DNA from: an uncultured Gemmatimonadales bacterium
Lineage (GTDB): Bacteria > Gemmatimonadota > Gemmatimonadetes > Gemmatimonadales > GWC2-71-9
Assembly: GCA_963730185.1 (NCBI GenBank)
Contig: CAVSQW010000009.1
Span: 64,001-128,000 of the forward strand
Direction of reading: 5' to 3'
DNA: 64,000 nucleotides
This document shows, piece by piece, positions 45,640-55,029 of the stretch. Under the pieces are notes generated by a model. It had not been told where the DNA came from. It did no database searches and saw nothing but the letters and a program-made list of their open reading frames with translations. A program made the translations under genes and the position numbers. Each line of letters starts with the position of its first letter. Positions within the stretch are counted from its first letter, which is position 1.

Positions 45640-47487
45640 ATGTCGTTCGACGTGATCGTGATCGGGGGAGGGCATGCGGGCGCCGAAGCCGCCGCCGCTT
45701 CGGCGCGGATGGGCGCCCGTACGCTGCTCCTGACCCAGAATCTCGAGACCATCGGCCAGATGTCGTGCAACCCCGCCATCGGGGGGATTGCCAAGGGCAC
45801 GGTCGTTCGGGAGGTCGATGCCCTCGGCGGGATAATGGGCCGGGCAACCGACCGGGCCAGGATTCAGTTCCGGATGTTGAATCGTTCGAAGGGCCCGGCC
45901 GTCTGGTCGCCGCGGGCGCAGTGCGACCGGGGGCTCTATCGGCGGGCGGTGCGGCGGGAGCTCGAGCGGCTGGACGGAATCCGGTTCGCCCAGGGCACGG
46001 TGGCCCGCCTTCGGCTGAGCGGCGACCGGGTGCGGGGCCTCGAGACGACGGACGGCCGCCGGTTCGAGGCAGGTGCGGTGGTCGTGACGGCGGGAACCTT
46101 CCTGCGGGGTCGGATCCACGTCGGATTGACGCCGGCGGTCGCGGCGGGTCGCGCGGGTGATCCTCCGTCGGTGGAGATGGCGGAAGACATTGCAGCACTA
46201 GGACTTACAGTAGAACGCTTCAAGACGGGAACCCCCCCGAGGATCGATGGTCGGACGGCCGACCTGGCTGGCCTGGAGCGTCAAGACGGCGATGCGGGGG
46301 GGTACTGGTTTTCGCATTTCGAGCGGGCGCCGCACCCGCCGCAGCTGCCGTGTTATGTGACCCACACGGGCGAGGCGCTCCGAGAGATCATCCAGCGCCA
46401 TCTCGGTGAATCGGCGCTTTACGGCGGGGCGATCAGCAGCCGAGGGCCGCGGTACTGTCCTTCGATCGAGGACAAGATCGTTCGGTTCCCGGAGGCGGAT
46501 CGGCACCAGGTCTTTCTGGAGCCGGAGGGGCTGGAGACGAAGGAGATGTACGTCAACGGGCTGTCCACCTCGCTTCCACCAGAGGTGCAGCTGGCGTACC
46601 TGAGGTCCGTCCCTGGTCTCGAGCGGGTTGAGATGACGAGGCCCGGCTACGCGATCGAGTATGACTATTTCCCTCCCACCCAGCTGGATCGGACGCTCCG
46701 GGTGCGAGAGGTAACAGGTCTTTACTTCGCGGGGCAGATCAACGGCACCACGGGATACGAAGAGGCGGCGGGGCAGGGTGTGCTGGCCGGTCTGAACGCT
46801 GCGGCCGTGGCGCTCGGGCATCCGCCCGTCGTGCTGGGCCGAAGCGATGGGTACATCGGTGTCTTGGTCGACGACTTGGTGACCCGGGGAGTGGATGAGC
46901 CGTACCGGCTCTTCACCTCGAGGGCCGAGTTCAGGCTGATGCTTCGCCAGGACAACGCCCTTCGTCGTCTCTATCCGCTTGCCGTCGGGTTGGGACTGTT
47001 CACCGACGAGGAGCGTCGGGTGGCGGACGAACGGCTCGGGGGTGAGGACCGGGTTGCGGAATGGGCTCGGGAGACGACCGTCCGTCCTAGAGAAGTCAAC
47101 GATTTGCTGATTGCGGCCTCGGGAGAGCCCATTCGGGAGGCCTTGAGAGTCGCCGAGCTGGCCCGTCGGCCGGGAGTCTCGCTCGGGGCTCTCGTCGAGC
47201 GGTTTGGAGAGCGGGGCGACGCGGAGCATGCCCATTGGGCCGGCGTCGAGCTCCGGTACGCGGGCTACATGGCGCGCGAGCGGGAAATGGCGGATCGCCT
47301 CGCCGAAATGGAGGGGTTCCTCCTTCCGGCGGACGCGGAGTACCGCTCCTTCCAGGCGGTTTCATTCGAAGCTCGGGAGAAGCTCCACGCGCGGCGTCCC
47401 GAGACCCTAGGCCAGGCGGCCAGGATTCCAGGTGTCTCTCCGAGTGACCTTCACGGCGTAGTACTGGAGATCACCCGCCGCCGCTGA
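45640..47487 (+). CDS. mnmG: tRNA uridine 5-carboxymethylaminomethyl modification enzyme MnmG (GidA)
   Basis: GGGHAG, MSCNPAIGG, KTGTPPR, GPRYCPSIEDK, GQINGTTGYEEAA, PYRLFTSRAE. Confidence 0.97.
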   Translation: MSFDVIVIGGGHAGAEAAAASARMGARTLLLTQNLETIGQMSCNPAIGGIAKGTVVREVDALGGIMGRATDRARIQFRMLNRSKGPAVWSPRAQCDRGLYRRAVRRELERLDGIRFAQGTVARLRLSGDRVRGLETTDGRRFEAGAVVVTAGTFLRGRIHVGLTPAVAAGRAGDPPSVEMAEDIAALGLTVERFKTGTPPRIDGRTADLAGLERQDGDAGGYWFSHFERAPHPPQLPCYVTHTGEALREIIQRHLGESALYGGAISSRGPRYCPSIEDKIVRFPEADRHQVFLEPEGLETKEMYVNGLSTSLPPEVQLAYLRSVPGLERVEMTRPGYAIEYDYFPPTQLDRTLRVREVTGLYFAGQINGTTGYEEAAGQGVLAGLNAAAVALGHPPVVLGRSDGYIGVLVDDLVTRGVDEPYRLFTSRAEFRLMLRQDNALRRLYPLAVGLGLFTDEERRVADERLGGEDRVAEWARETTVRPREVNDLLIAASGEPIREALRVAELARRPGVSLGALVERFGERGDAEHAHWAGVELRYAGYMAREREMADRLAEMEGFLLPADAEYRSFQAVSFEAREKLHARRPETLGQAARIPGVSPSDLHGVVLEITRRR

Positions 47488-47497
47488 CGCAGTTCGG

Positions 47498-47513
47498 TGT
47501 TCCACGTGGAACA
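47498..47513. promoter_or_regulatory. parS site 1
   Basis: Perfect palindrome TGTTCCACGTGGAACA. Confidence 0.95.
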
Positions 47514-47575
47514 CTGCGCCGCTCAGCCGGCAACCTGGTAGTGGCTGGCTTTGGTCCTCAAGGCCTGAGGGCCCG

Positions 47576-47591
47576 TGTTCCACGTGGAACA
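47576..47591. promoter_or_regulatory. parS site 2
   Basis: Perfect palindrome TGTTCCACGTGGAACA. Confidence 0.95.
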
Positions 47592-47648
47592 CCAAGCCTT
47601 CGAGATCCCCAGGATCACCTTCCCATCGGACTGCCTGCCGCCCTCCTA

Positions 47649-47688
47649 TGGTCCGGTGGTGGTAATTCTGGTCCGGTGGTGGCAATTC
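47649..47688. repeat. 20-bp tandem direct repeat
   Basis: TGGTCCGGTGGTGGTAATTC / TGGTCCGGTGGTGGCAATTC (19/20). Confidence 0.85.
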
Positions 47689-47831
47689 GTCCTGTTGGAA
47701 TGCTCTGACGGCCTCATAGGGTCGCATCGGCGGCTCGACCGGTTCGGCATTCGAGTGGAGTGGTTTCGACCGGAAGTTGGGTTTGCATCGATGGTTCCGA
47801 GCGGTATATTCGAGGCTCGCCAGGGTGTAGC

Positions 47832-47861
47832 TTGTCAATGTATTGTTCTGTATGTTATTAT
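47832..47861 (+). promoter_or_regulatory. Putative parA promoter
   Basis: TTGTCA-N18-TATTAT with TGn extension in a markedly AT-rich tract. Confidence 0.55.
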
Positions 47862-47887
47862 AGCTAAACAGCTTACAAGATAATGCA

Positions 47888-48685
47888 ATGACGAGGATCA
47901 TCGCAATCGCGAACCAGAAAGGCGGCGTGGGAAAGACCACGACCGCCGTGAATCTGGCGGCCTCGATCGCCATCGCCGAGCGGCGAACCTTGCTCGTCGA
48001 TGCCGACCCCCAGGCCAACGCGACCAGCGGTGTCGGCCTCGACAAGAACGCTTCGGCCGCGTCTCTCTACGACGTCATCGTCGAGGGCCGCCCCGCGTCT
48101 GAGGCGATCGTGCAGGATCGCGAACTTCCCTTCCTCTCGGTGCTTCCGGCAAGTCAGGACTTGGTCGGAGCCGAACTCGAGCTCGTCGGCGGAACCGATC
48201 GGGAGCGCCGGCTCCGGTCGGCGCTCGAGGCACTTAGGGGGTCGTATGACTTCATACTCATCGATTGCCCGCCATCTCTTGGCCTGATCACGCTCAACGT
48301 CCTGACCGCGGCGCAGGCCGTCATCATTCCGATCCAGTGTGAGTACTACGCCCTCGAGGGCATTTCGCAGCTGCTCAACACGGTTCGCCTGGTCCAGCAG
48401 AACTTCAACCCGTCCCTCGTGATCGACGGCGTGCTGCTCACGATGTACGATTCGCGCCTCAACCTCTGCCGGCAGGTCGCCCAGGAGGCGAACGAGTACT
48501 TCGGTCCGAAGATGTTCAAGACGGTGATTCCCCGGAACGTGCGCCTCGCCGAGGCGCCCAGCTTCGGGAAGCCGATTCTGATGTACGACGTGCAGTCGGT
48601 GGGGGCCAAGAGCTACATCGCCGTGGCGCAGGAGCTGATGAAACGCAGCGAGCAAGCCGAGACGATGACCCGGGAGGCCGAGTGA
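47888..48685 (+). CDS. parA: Chromosome partitioning ATPase ParA/Soj
   Basis: [50 protein letters not shown]. Confidence 0.97.
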   Translation: MTRIIAIANQKGGVGKTTTAVNLAASIAIAERRTLLVDADPQANATSGVGLDKNASAASLYDVIVEGRPASEAIVQDRELPFLSVLPASQDLVGAELELVGGTDRERRLRSALEALRGSYDFILIDCPPSLGLITLNVLTAAQAVIIPIQCEYYALEGISQLLNTVRLVQQNFNPSLVIDGVLLTMYDSRLNLCRQVAQEANEYFGPKMFKTVIPRNVRLAEAPSFGKPILMYDVQSVGAKSYIAVAQELMKRSEQAETMTREAE

Positions 48686-49563
48686 GCGAGCGCCGGTTGG
48701 GCCGCGGCCTGGAGGCGCTGCTCGGGCCGATCTCTCGAGAGCAGGCGGAGGCGTCCGGCGCTTTGCAGGAGCTGCCCGTCGGCACCATCCGCCCTAACCC
48801 GTACCAGCCGCGGCGCGAGTTCGAGCCCCAGGCGCTGGCCGAGCTGGCCAGCTCGATCTCGGCGTCGGGGTTGCTGCAGCCGGTAGTCGTGCGAGCGCGG
48901 GACGGTGGCGGCTACGAGTTGATCGCCGGCGAGCGCCGTTGGCGGGCCGTGCAGCAGCTCGGTTGGGCGAAGGTGCCGGCGGTGATCAAGGAGGTCGACG
49001 ACCGGGCGCTGCTGACCCTGGCGCTGATCGAGAACCTGCAGCGCGACGAGCTGACCGCGATGGACGAGGCTCGGGGATACGATCGGCTGATCCAGGAGTT
49101 CTCGCTCTCCCAGTCCGAGGTGGCTCGCCTGGTCGGCAAGGACCGGGTGACGGTCTCCAACACGCTTCGGCTCCTCAAGCTTCCCGCCGACGTACAGCAG
49201 CTGGTCGACTCCGGGGCGCTGAGCGGCGGCCACGCGCGGGCGCTGCTGGCGTTGCCGGACGAGCGGCAGATGAGCAAGCTCGCGCAAACCGCGATCGGTC
49301 GAGAGTGGTCAGTGCGGGCGCTCGAGGCTCGAGTCCGGGGACAGGCCCCGACCAGCCGGTCGGCTCGCCGGGCCAAAGCCGCCGAGGGGTCGGCCACGGC
49401 GGAGGTGCAGCGGGTGGAGGACGCGCTCCGGAAGCGGCTCGGCACCGACGTCCGGATCACGGCCAAGCGCCGGGGCCGTGGGTTCGTCACGATCACCTAC
49501 TACTCCAACGACGACCTGGCGCGTCTGCTGGAGCTGATGCTCGGGGAGCCTTTCGCGGGATGA
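48682..49563 (+). CDS. parB: Chromosome partitioning protein ParB
   Basis: [41 protein letters not shown]. Confidence 0.97.
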   Translation: MSERRLGRGLEALLGPISREQAEASGALQELPVGTIRPNPYQPRREFEPQALAELASSISASGLLQPVVVRARDGGGYELIAGERRWRAVQQLGWAKVPAVIKEVDDRALLTLALIENLQRDELTAMDEARGYDRLIQEFSLSQSEVARLVGKDRVTVSNTLRLLKLPADVQQLVDSGALSGGHARALLALPDERQMSKLAQTAIGREWSVRALEARVRGQAPTSRSARRAKAAEGSATAEVQRVEDALRKRLGTDVRITAKRRGRGFVTITYYSNDDLARLLELMLGEPFAG

Positions 49564-50369
49564 CCGGGTCGCGGCGGGGCGTGTCGATTCTCGTGTCGAT
49601 CGACGGAGCGCTCAAGTCGACGACCTACCGGGCTCCGCTTTGGGTGGTCCGGCTGGCGCTGGGCGGGGCGATCGCTCTGGCGGTACTGCTGGTCGCGGCG
49701 ATCGGGTTCTACGGCCCGATTGCCCGGGCGGCGGCGCGGGTTCCCGGTCTCGAGCGCGAGGTCGAGCGGCTCTCCACGGACCGCGATCGAGTTCGCGAAC
49801 TGGCCCAGGCGCTCGACAGCGTCGAGGCCAACTACGCCCACCTCCGCCAGATGGTCGGCGCCGACATCGTGCCCGACCCGGTCCAGCTGGGCTCGTCGGC
49901 GCCGGTGGCGCCGGCGGTGATCGTGATGCCCGCGGGGCTCCGCCCGACCTACGAGCGGGGCCCCTCGATGCCGAGGCACTGGCCCCTCGACGAACGCGGG
50001 TACATGACCCGGGGTCAGGTACCCGACGGTGCGTCGCAGGGGCCCGCATCCGACGAGGCCCACCCGGGCATCGACATTGCGGTGCCGGTCGGCACGTTGG
50101 TGCGGGCGGCGGGTGGAGGCACCGTCCTTCAGACGGGTGAGGGCGCGGAATACGGTCGGTTCGTCCTGCTCCAGCATCCGGACGGCTACCAGACGATGTA
50201 CGGGCATCTGTCGCGAATCACGGCGGTGGAGGGGGAGCGGATCGGCGCCGGCGCGGTTGTGGGCAGGTCAGGCAACACGGGGCGGTCGTCGGCGCCGCAT
50301 CTGCACTTCGAGATTCGAAAGAACGGGGTGTCGATCGATCCGCTGACCCTGGTCAAGGAGGGGCGTTGA
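49560..50369 (+). CDS. M23 family peptidoglycan endopeptidase (TM plus coiled coil)
   Basis: HPGID, YGHLS, SGNTGRSSAPHLHFEIR; ATGA overlap with parB. Confidence 0.9.
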   Translation: MTGSRRGVSILVSIDGALKSTTYRAPLWVVRLALGGAIALAVLLVAAIGFYGPIARAAARVPGLEREVERLSTDRDRVRELAQALDSVEANYAHLRQMVGADIVPDPVQLGSSAPVAPAVIVMPAGLRPTYERGPSMPRHWPLDERGYMTRGQVPDGASQGPASDEAHPGIDIAVPVGTLVRAAGGGTVLQTGEGAEYGRFVLLQHPDGYQTMYGHLSRITAVEGERIGAGAVVGRSGNTGRSSAPHLHFEIRKNGVSIDPLTLVKEGR

Positions 50370-50370
50370 G

Positions 50371-50769
50371 ATGGGAATATTTTCGAACGGGGCGACCACC
50401 GAGGGCGCACCGTCGGCGCCGACACGTCGCCGGACGGACGGGCACGCCTTGTCCATCGTCGCCCAGGACATGACCGTCACCGGCGACCTGGCGGCCGAGG
50501 GTGTGGTCCGGGTCGAGGGCCGGGTGAACGGTAACATCTCGGCCGGGATGCAAGTGCTGCTCTCGGAGGGTGGCCTGGTCGAGGGCGACATCAAGACCAA
50601 GGAAGCGGTCCTGGGTGGCGAGGTTCGGGGGACGGTCACCGCCGAGGAGCGGATCGAGGTGCAGGCGACCGCCTCGGTTCACGGCGACTTGGTGGCGCCC
50701 AAGCTCCTGATCCAGGAGGGTGGGCGCCTCAACGGTGCCATTCGGATGGAAACGGTCCCAGCCGAATGA
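50371..50769 (+). CDS. Bactofilin (polymer-forming cytoskeletal protein)
   Basis: SIVAQDMTVTGDL...VRVEGRVNGNI...VEGDI...GEVRGTV...VHGDL...IQEGGRLNG beta-helix repeats. Confidence 0.92.
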   Translation: MGIFSNGATTEGAPSAPTRRRTDGHALSIVAQDMTVTGDLAAEGVVRVEGRVNGNISAGMQVLLSEGGLVEGDIKTKEAVLGGEVRGTVTAEERIEVQATASVHGDLVAPKLLIQEGGRLNGAIRMETVPAE

Positions 50770-51746
50770 GGCGGGTCTGGGTGGCGGCCGTGGCCTTGAT
50801 GGTCGCGGCGTGCGGAGGCGGCCCGGGCGGTGGCGGTGCTGGGTCCTCGACCTTTCGGGTTGGGCTGATCACGCCCGGGAGCGTCGCCGACGCCGCTTGG
50901 AACGCCGGCGCCTACCAGGGTCTGCTCGCCATCCGGGACTCTCTGGGCGCGGCCGTGAGCCACGTAGAGGCGCGAACGCCGTCCGAGCAGGAGGATGCGC
51001 TCCGGACCTACGCGACCCAGGGTTACGACCTCGTGTTCGGACACGGCTTCGAGTTTCAGCAGCCGGCCGAGCGGGTGAGCACGGATCACCCGAAGACCGT
51101 GTTCGTCATTACCTCCGGTGAACGGGTCGAGGGCAACGTTTCGCCGCTCGTGTTCCGGATCGAGGAGGGCACCTTCCTGGCTGGGATGGTCGCGGGCGGG
51201 CTCACCAAGACCAACCAGATCGGCTTCGTGGGTGGGATCGAGCTCCCGCCGATCAAGCGAGGTTATGAAGGGTGGGTCGCCGGTGCCCGGCGGGTGAATC
51301 CCGCCGTGCAGAGCCGGGTGACCTACCTCAACACCTTCGATGACGCGGCCGCCGGCCGAGAAGCCGCGCTGGCGATGATTCGTCTGGGCGTCGACATGCT
51401 CCACCACAACGCCGACGCCGCCGGGCTGGGCGTATTTCAGGCGGCGAAGGAGAGCCCGAACGTGTACCTGTTCGGTGCCAACGCCGATCAGCGGGCCCTC
51501 GCGCCGGAACGGGTGGTGGGCTCCGCGATCATCGACCTGCCCCGGGCCATTCTCGCGGTCGCCCGCGAAGTGAAGGCGGGCCGGTTCACGCCCCAAGTGG
51601 AGTCGTTCGGACTCGAGGGTGGCGTGATCCGATACGTCCCGAATCCCCTTTTGGCGGACCTGGTCCCGGCCCCGCTCGCCGCCCGGGTTTCCGCCGCCCG
51701 GGACTCGATCGTCGCCGGCACGCTGGTGCCGGTCCCACCGGCCTGA
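50766..51746 (+). CDS. BMP-family ABC substrate-binding lipoprotein (nucleoside-type)
   Basis: Lipobox MVAAC; DAAWNAGAYQG, FGHGFEF, IGFVGG. Confidence 0.9.
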   Translation: MRRVWVAAVALMVAACGGGPGGGGAGSSTFRVGLITPGSVADAAWNAGAYQGLLAIRDSLGAAVSHVEARTPSEQEDALRTYATQGYDLVFGHGFEFQQPAERVSTDHPKTVFVITSGERVEGNVSPLVFRIEEGTFLAGMVAGGLTKTNQIGFVGGIELPPIKRGYEGWVAGARRVNPAVQSRVTYLNTFDDAAAGREAALAMIRLGVDMLHHNADAAGLGVFQAAKESPNVYLFGANADQRALAPERVVGSAIIDLPRAILAVAREVKAGRFTPQVESFGLEGGVIRYVPNPLLADLVPAPLAARVSAARDSIVAGTLVPVPPA

Positions 51747-51751
51747 CCCCG

Positions 51752-52534
51752 ATGGGCGGCGCCGCGCTCTCCGAGATCGTCGCCTACCTGGACGGCTACC
51801 TCCGGGTCGCGGAGGTGCCGGACGAGGCGGGCGCGGTAAACGGGCTCCAAGTCGAAAACCGGGGGCGGGTGGGGCTGGTCGTCGCCGCGGTGGACGCATC
51901 GCTGGCCACGATCGAAGGAGTCGTGGCGCGCGCCCGGGAGCTTCCCGTCCCGCCGCTGGTGCTGGTCCATCACGGTCTCTTCTGGGACGGCAATCGACCG
52001 GTCTCTGGTCGTCGCTACCATCGCCTCAAGCCGCTACTCGATCACGACGTCGCACTCTATTCGGCTCACATCCCGCTCGACATCCATCCCGAGGTGGGCA
52101 ACAACTCGGTGCTCGCCCGCCAGCTCCAGCTCAGCGATGTCCAGCCGTTCGACACCTACAAGGGCGTCTCGATGGGGGTGCAGGGCCACCTGCCGGGCGG
52201 GACACCCCGAGCCGCCCTGGTGCAGACCCTCAACGAGCTGCTCTCGACCGATGCACGCCTGGTCGGCGGCGGCCCGGAGCGGGTGAGCCAGGTGGGCATC
52301 ATCACCGGCGCCGCTGGGTCGCGGATCGGCGCAGCGGCCGGGGCCGGGGTCGATACCTTCGTTACCGGCGAAGGCGCCCACCATACCTATTTCGATGCGA
52401 TGGAGCTGGGCGTGAACGTGATCTACGCGGGTCACTACGCCACCGAGCAGGTCGGGGTGAAGGCGCTCGCCGCTCACCTGGCGGCCCGGTTCGGCGTACC
52501 GTGGGAGTTCCACGATCACCCGACGGGGATGTGA
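51752..52534 (+). CDS. Nif3-like dinuclear metal center protein (DUF34)
   Basis: NGLQVE, LVHHGLFW, HIPLDIHPEVGNN, TGE, AGHYATE. Confidence 0.93.
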   Translation: MGGAALSEIVAYLDGYLRVAEVPDEAGAVNGLQVENRGRVGLVVAAVDASLATIEGVVARARELPVPPLVLVHHGLFWDGNRPVSGRRYHRLKPLLDHDVALYSAHIPLDIHPEVGNNSVLARQLQLSDVQPFDTYKGVSMGVQGHLPGGTPRAALVQTLNELLSTDARLVGGGPERVSQVGIITGAAGSRIGAAAGAGVDTFVTGEGAHHTYFDAMELGVNVIYAGHYATEQVGVKALAAHLAARFGVPWEFHDHPTGM

Positions 52535-53997
52535 GCGCCGATCGGCCGACGGAGGGCGGGATAGGCGTTCCCCAGGCCGGTTCGGCCGTCGCGGCGACGC
52601 CGTCGGGTGAGCCGGTGCTCGAGCTCAGGGGGATCGTCAAGCGGTTCGGCTCCGTGGATGCTCTCCGCGGAGCCGATTTCGTTCTGACGGCCGGCGAGGT
52701 GCACGGTCTGCTGGGCGAGAACGGGGCCGGCAAGTCGACCCTGATGCACGTGGCGTTCGGCCTGGTCCGGCCGGATGCGGGCGAGGTGCGGATCGGGGGC
52801 ACGGCGGTCCGGGTCCGTTCACCGCTCGACGCCAAGGCGCTTGGGGTGGGCATGGTTCACCAGCATTTCACCTCGATTCCCACCCTGACGGTCGCGGAAA
52901 ACCTCCGCCTGGCGGGGCGCCGGACGGCGCCGCCGACCGCCCTCGAGCAACGTCTTGGCCAGGGGCTCGAGCTGAGCGCGCTGGTCGAAACCCTGACGGT
53001 GGCCCAGAAGCAGCGACTCGAGATCCTCCAGGCGCTGGCCACCGGGGCCCGGGTGCTCCTCCTGGACGAGCCCACGGCGGTGCTCGCGCCGGCGGAAACC
53101 GACGACCTGCTTCGGGAGCTTCGGGCCTTCGCCCGCTCGGGCGGATCGGTGGTGTTGATCACCCATAAGTTGGGCGAGGTGTTCGCGGGGGCGGACCGGG
53201 TTACCGTCCTCCGACGAGGCGCGGTGGTGCTGGCCGGTCGGCGGCCGGGCGACGAAACCGCTGGGAGCCTGGCGACGGCGATGATCGGGCAGGCGCCGGC
53301 GACCCGGGCCCCGGTGGCTCGGGCCGCCCAGTCGGACCCGCCTGGCCCCCTGGTGGCGCAGGCGCCCGGCCTGACCGTTCGGGGGGGAGAGCTGGTCGGG
53401 ATCGCGGCAGTGGAAGGGAACGGCCAGCGTCCGCTGCTTCGCGCCCTCGCCGGGCTGGAACCAAGACCGGCCGGCATGGAGGTTCACGGCGCGGTGGCGT
53501 TCGTCCCGGAGGATCGAACCACCGAAGGGCTGATTCCTTCCTTCTCGCTGGTCGAGAACATGGTGCTGGGCCTGCCGAGCCGGGGGCCCTGGGTGCAGGG
53601 ACCCTGGGTGCGATGGGCCCAGGCACGAGCTCGAACGGCCGCCTTGCTGGAGGACTTCGGGATTCGAGCCTCGGGGCCGGACGCCCCGGCGCGAACGTTG
53701 AGCGGCGGCAACCAGCAGAAAGTCATCTTCGCCCGGGCGGTCGAACGGATGCCGGCACTCGTCGTGGCGGAGAACCCGACCCGGGGTCTGGATCTCCAAG
53801 CGGCGCTGTTCGTGCACGACCGGCTGCGGGCGCTGGCCGCCGCCGGGATGGGGGTGCTCTTCTATTCGACCGATCTCGACGAGGTTCTGGCGCTCGGGAC
53901 TCGGGTGGTCGTGATGCACCGCGGCACCGTCCGTGAGGCGCCGGCCGACGCCGACAAAGCGATGATCGGCGCGATGATGTTAGGGGTAGCGCCGTGA
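52531..53997 (+). CDS. Nucleoside/sugar (CUT2-type) ABC ATPase with two NBDs
   Basis: GENGAGKST, MVHQHF, LDEPTAVL, PEDR, LSGGNQQK, PTRGLD. Confidence 0.9.
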   Translation: MSADRPTEGGIGVPQAGSAVAATPSGEPVLELRGIVKRFGSVDALRGADFVLTAGEVHGLLGENGAGKSTLMHVAFGLVRPDAGEVRIGGTAVRVRSPLDAKALGVGMVHQHFTSIPTLTVAENLRLAGRRTAPPTALEQRLGQGLELSALVETLTVAQKQRLEILQALATGARVLLLDEPTAVLAPAETDDLLRELRAFARSGGSVVLITHKLGEVFAGADRVTVLRRGAVVLAGRRPGDETAGSLATAMIGQAPATRAPVARAAQSDPPGPLVAQAPGLTVRGGELVGIAAVEGNGQRPLLRALAGLEPRPAGMEVHGAVAFVPEDRTTEGLIPSFSLVENMVLGLPSRGPWVQGPWVRWAQARARTAALLEDFGIRASGPDAPARTLSGGNQQKVIFARAVERMPALVVAENPTRGLDLQAALFVHDRLRALAAAGMGVLFYSTDLDEVLALGTRVVVMHRGTVREAPADADKAMIGAMMLGVAP

Positions 53998-55025
53998 GTC
54001 GGCTTCGGCGAGGAATCATCCCCGTGGTGGCCGCCGGGCTAGGCCTCCTGGTCATGGCAGGGGGCCTGGCCGCGCTCGGCTACGACGCGCCGAGTGCCCT
54101 CGACGCCCTCTGGCGGGGGGCGTTCGGCTCGTGGTATGCCCTGACCTCCGCGACCCTGGTGCGGTCGGTGCCACTGATCGTGATCGGTCTTGGGATCGCC
54201 GTCGCGTTTCGGGCCGGGGCGTTCAACATCGGGGCCGAAGGCCAGTTCTACGCCGGCGCGATCGCGGCGACGGCCATAGCGCTCGAGCTGGGCGGGTGGC
54301 CGCCGGCGGTGGCGATCCCGTTCGTCTGGGTGGCTGGTGCGCTCGCGGGTGCTCTCTGGGTGCTCGGGCCGGTGATCCTCCGGCTCCGGTTCGGGGTGCT
54401 CGAAGTGATCAGCACGCTGCTCCTCAACTTCGTCGCCGAGGCGTTGACCAGCTGGATGGTGCAGGGACCACTGATGGAGGCGAAGAAGGTCTATCCGCAA
54501 AGCGACCCGATCCCGGCGTCGACCCGCCTGCCACTGGTGCCGGGGAGCCGCCTCCATCTGGGGTTTGGCGTGGCGATCGGGCTGGCGATCGTGACCTGGG
54601 TGATCTTCACCCGAACGATCTGGGGCTTCCGGCTCAGGGCGGTGGGCGAGGGGCCGCGGGCCGCGGAGGTGGCCGGGAGGATCCGGGTCGGTCGGGTGAT
54701 GGGAGCGGCGCTGCTCTGGTCGGGTGCGCTGGCCGGGTTGGCCGGCGCGATCGAGGTGACCGGGGTGACCTACGCGCTCTTTCAGAACCTCTCGCCGGGA
54801 TACGGGTTCAGCGCGATCGCGGTGGCCCTCCTGGCGGGGCTCAACCCGCTCGGCGTGGTGGCGGCCGGGTTGGTGTTTGGAGCGCTGGAGGCCGGGGCCA
54901 CCGGGATGCAGCGGGAGGCCGGCGTGCCTTCGGTGGCTGTCTACGTGGTCCAGGCGGTGATCATCGTCGTAGTCCTGATCAGTGTCAACCGGGCCCGACT
55001 GGGGCGACCGGAGGCGGCGACGTGA
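53994..55025 (+). CDS. Nucleoside ABC transporter permease
   Basis: FNIGAEGQ, EVISTLLLN, GYGFSAIAVALL. Confidence 0.9.
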   Translation: MSRLRRGIIPVVAAGLGLLVMAGGLAALGYDAPSALDALWRGAFGSWYALTSATLVRSVPLIVIGLGIAVAFRAGAFNIGAEGQFYAGAIAATAIALELGGWPPAVAIPFVWVAGALAGALWVLGPVILRLRFGVLEVISTLLLNFVAEALTSWMVQGPLMEAKKVYPQSDPIPASTRLPLVPGSRLHLGFGVAIGLAIVTWVIFTRTIWGFRLRAVGEGPRAAEVAGRIRVGRVMGAALLWSGALAGLAGAIEVTGVTYALFQNLSPGYGFSAIAVALLAGLNPLGVVAAGLVFGALEAGATGMQREAGVPSVAVYVVQAVIIVVVLISVNRARLGRPEAAT

Positions 55026-55029
55026 GGGC

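Noticed and set aside
47498..47688. Repeats as a possible mini-CRISPR
   Set aside because: Only two copies of each; the palindromes are parS; no spacer periodicity and no cas genes
47575..47883. ORF starting MFHVEH upstream of parA
   Set aside because: FHVEH is simply the translation of the parS palindrome; atypical codon usage; no RsmG motifs recognised
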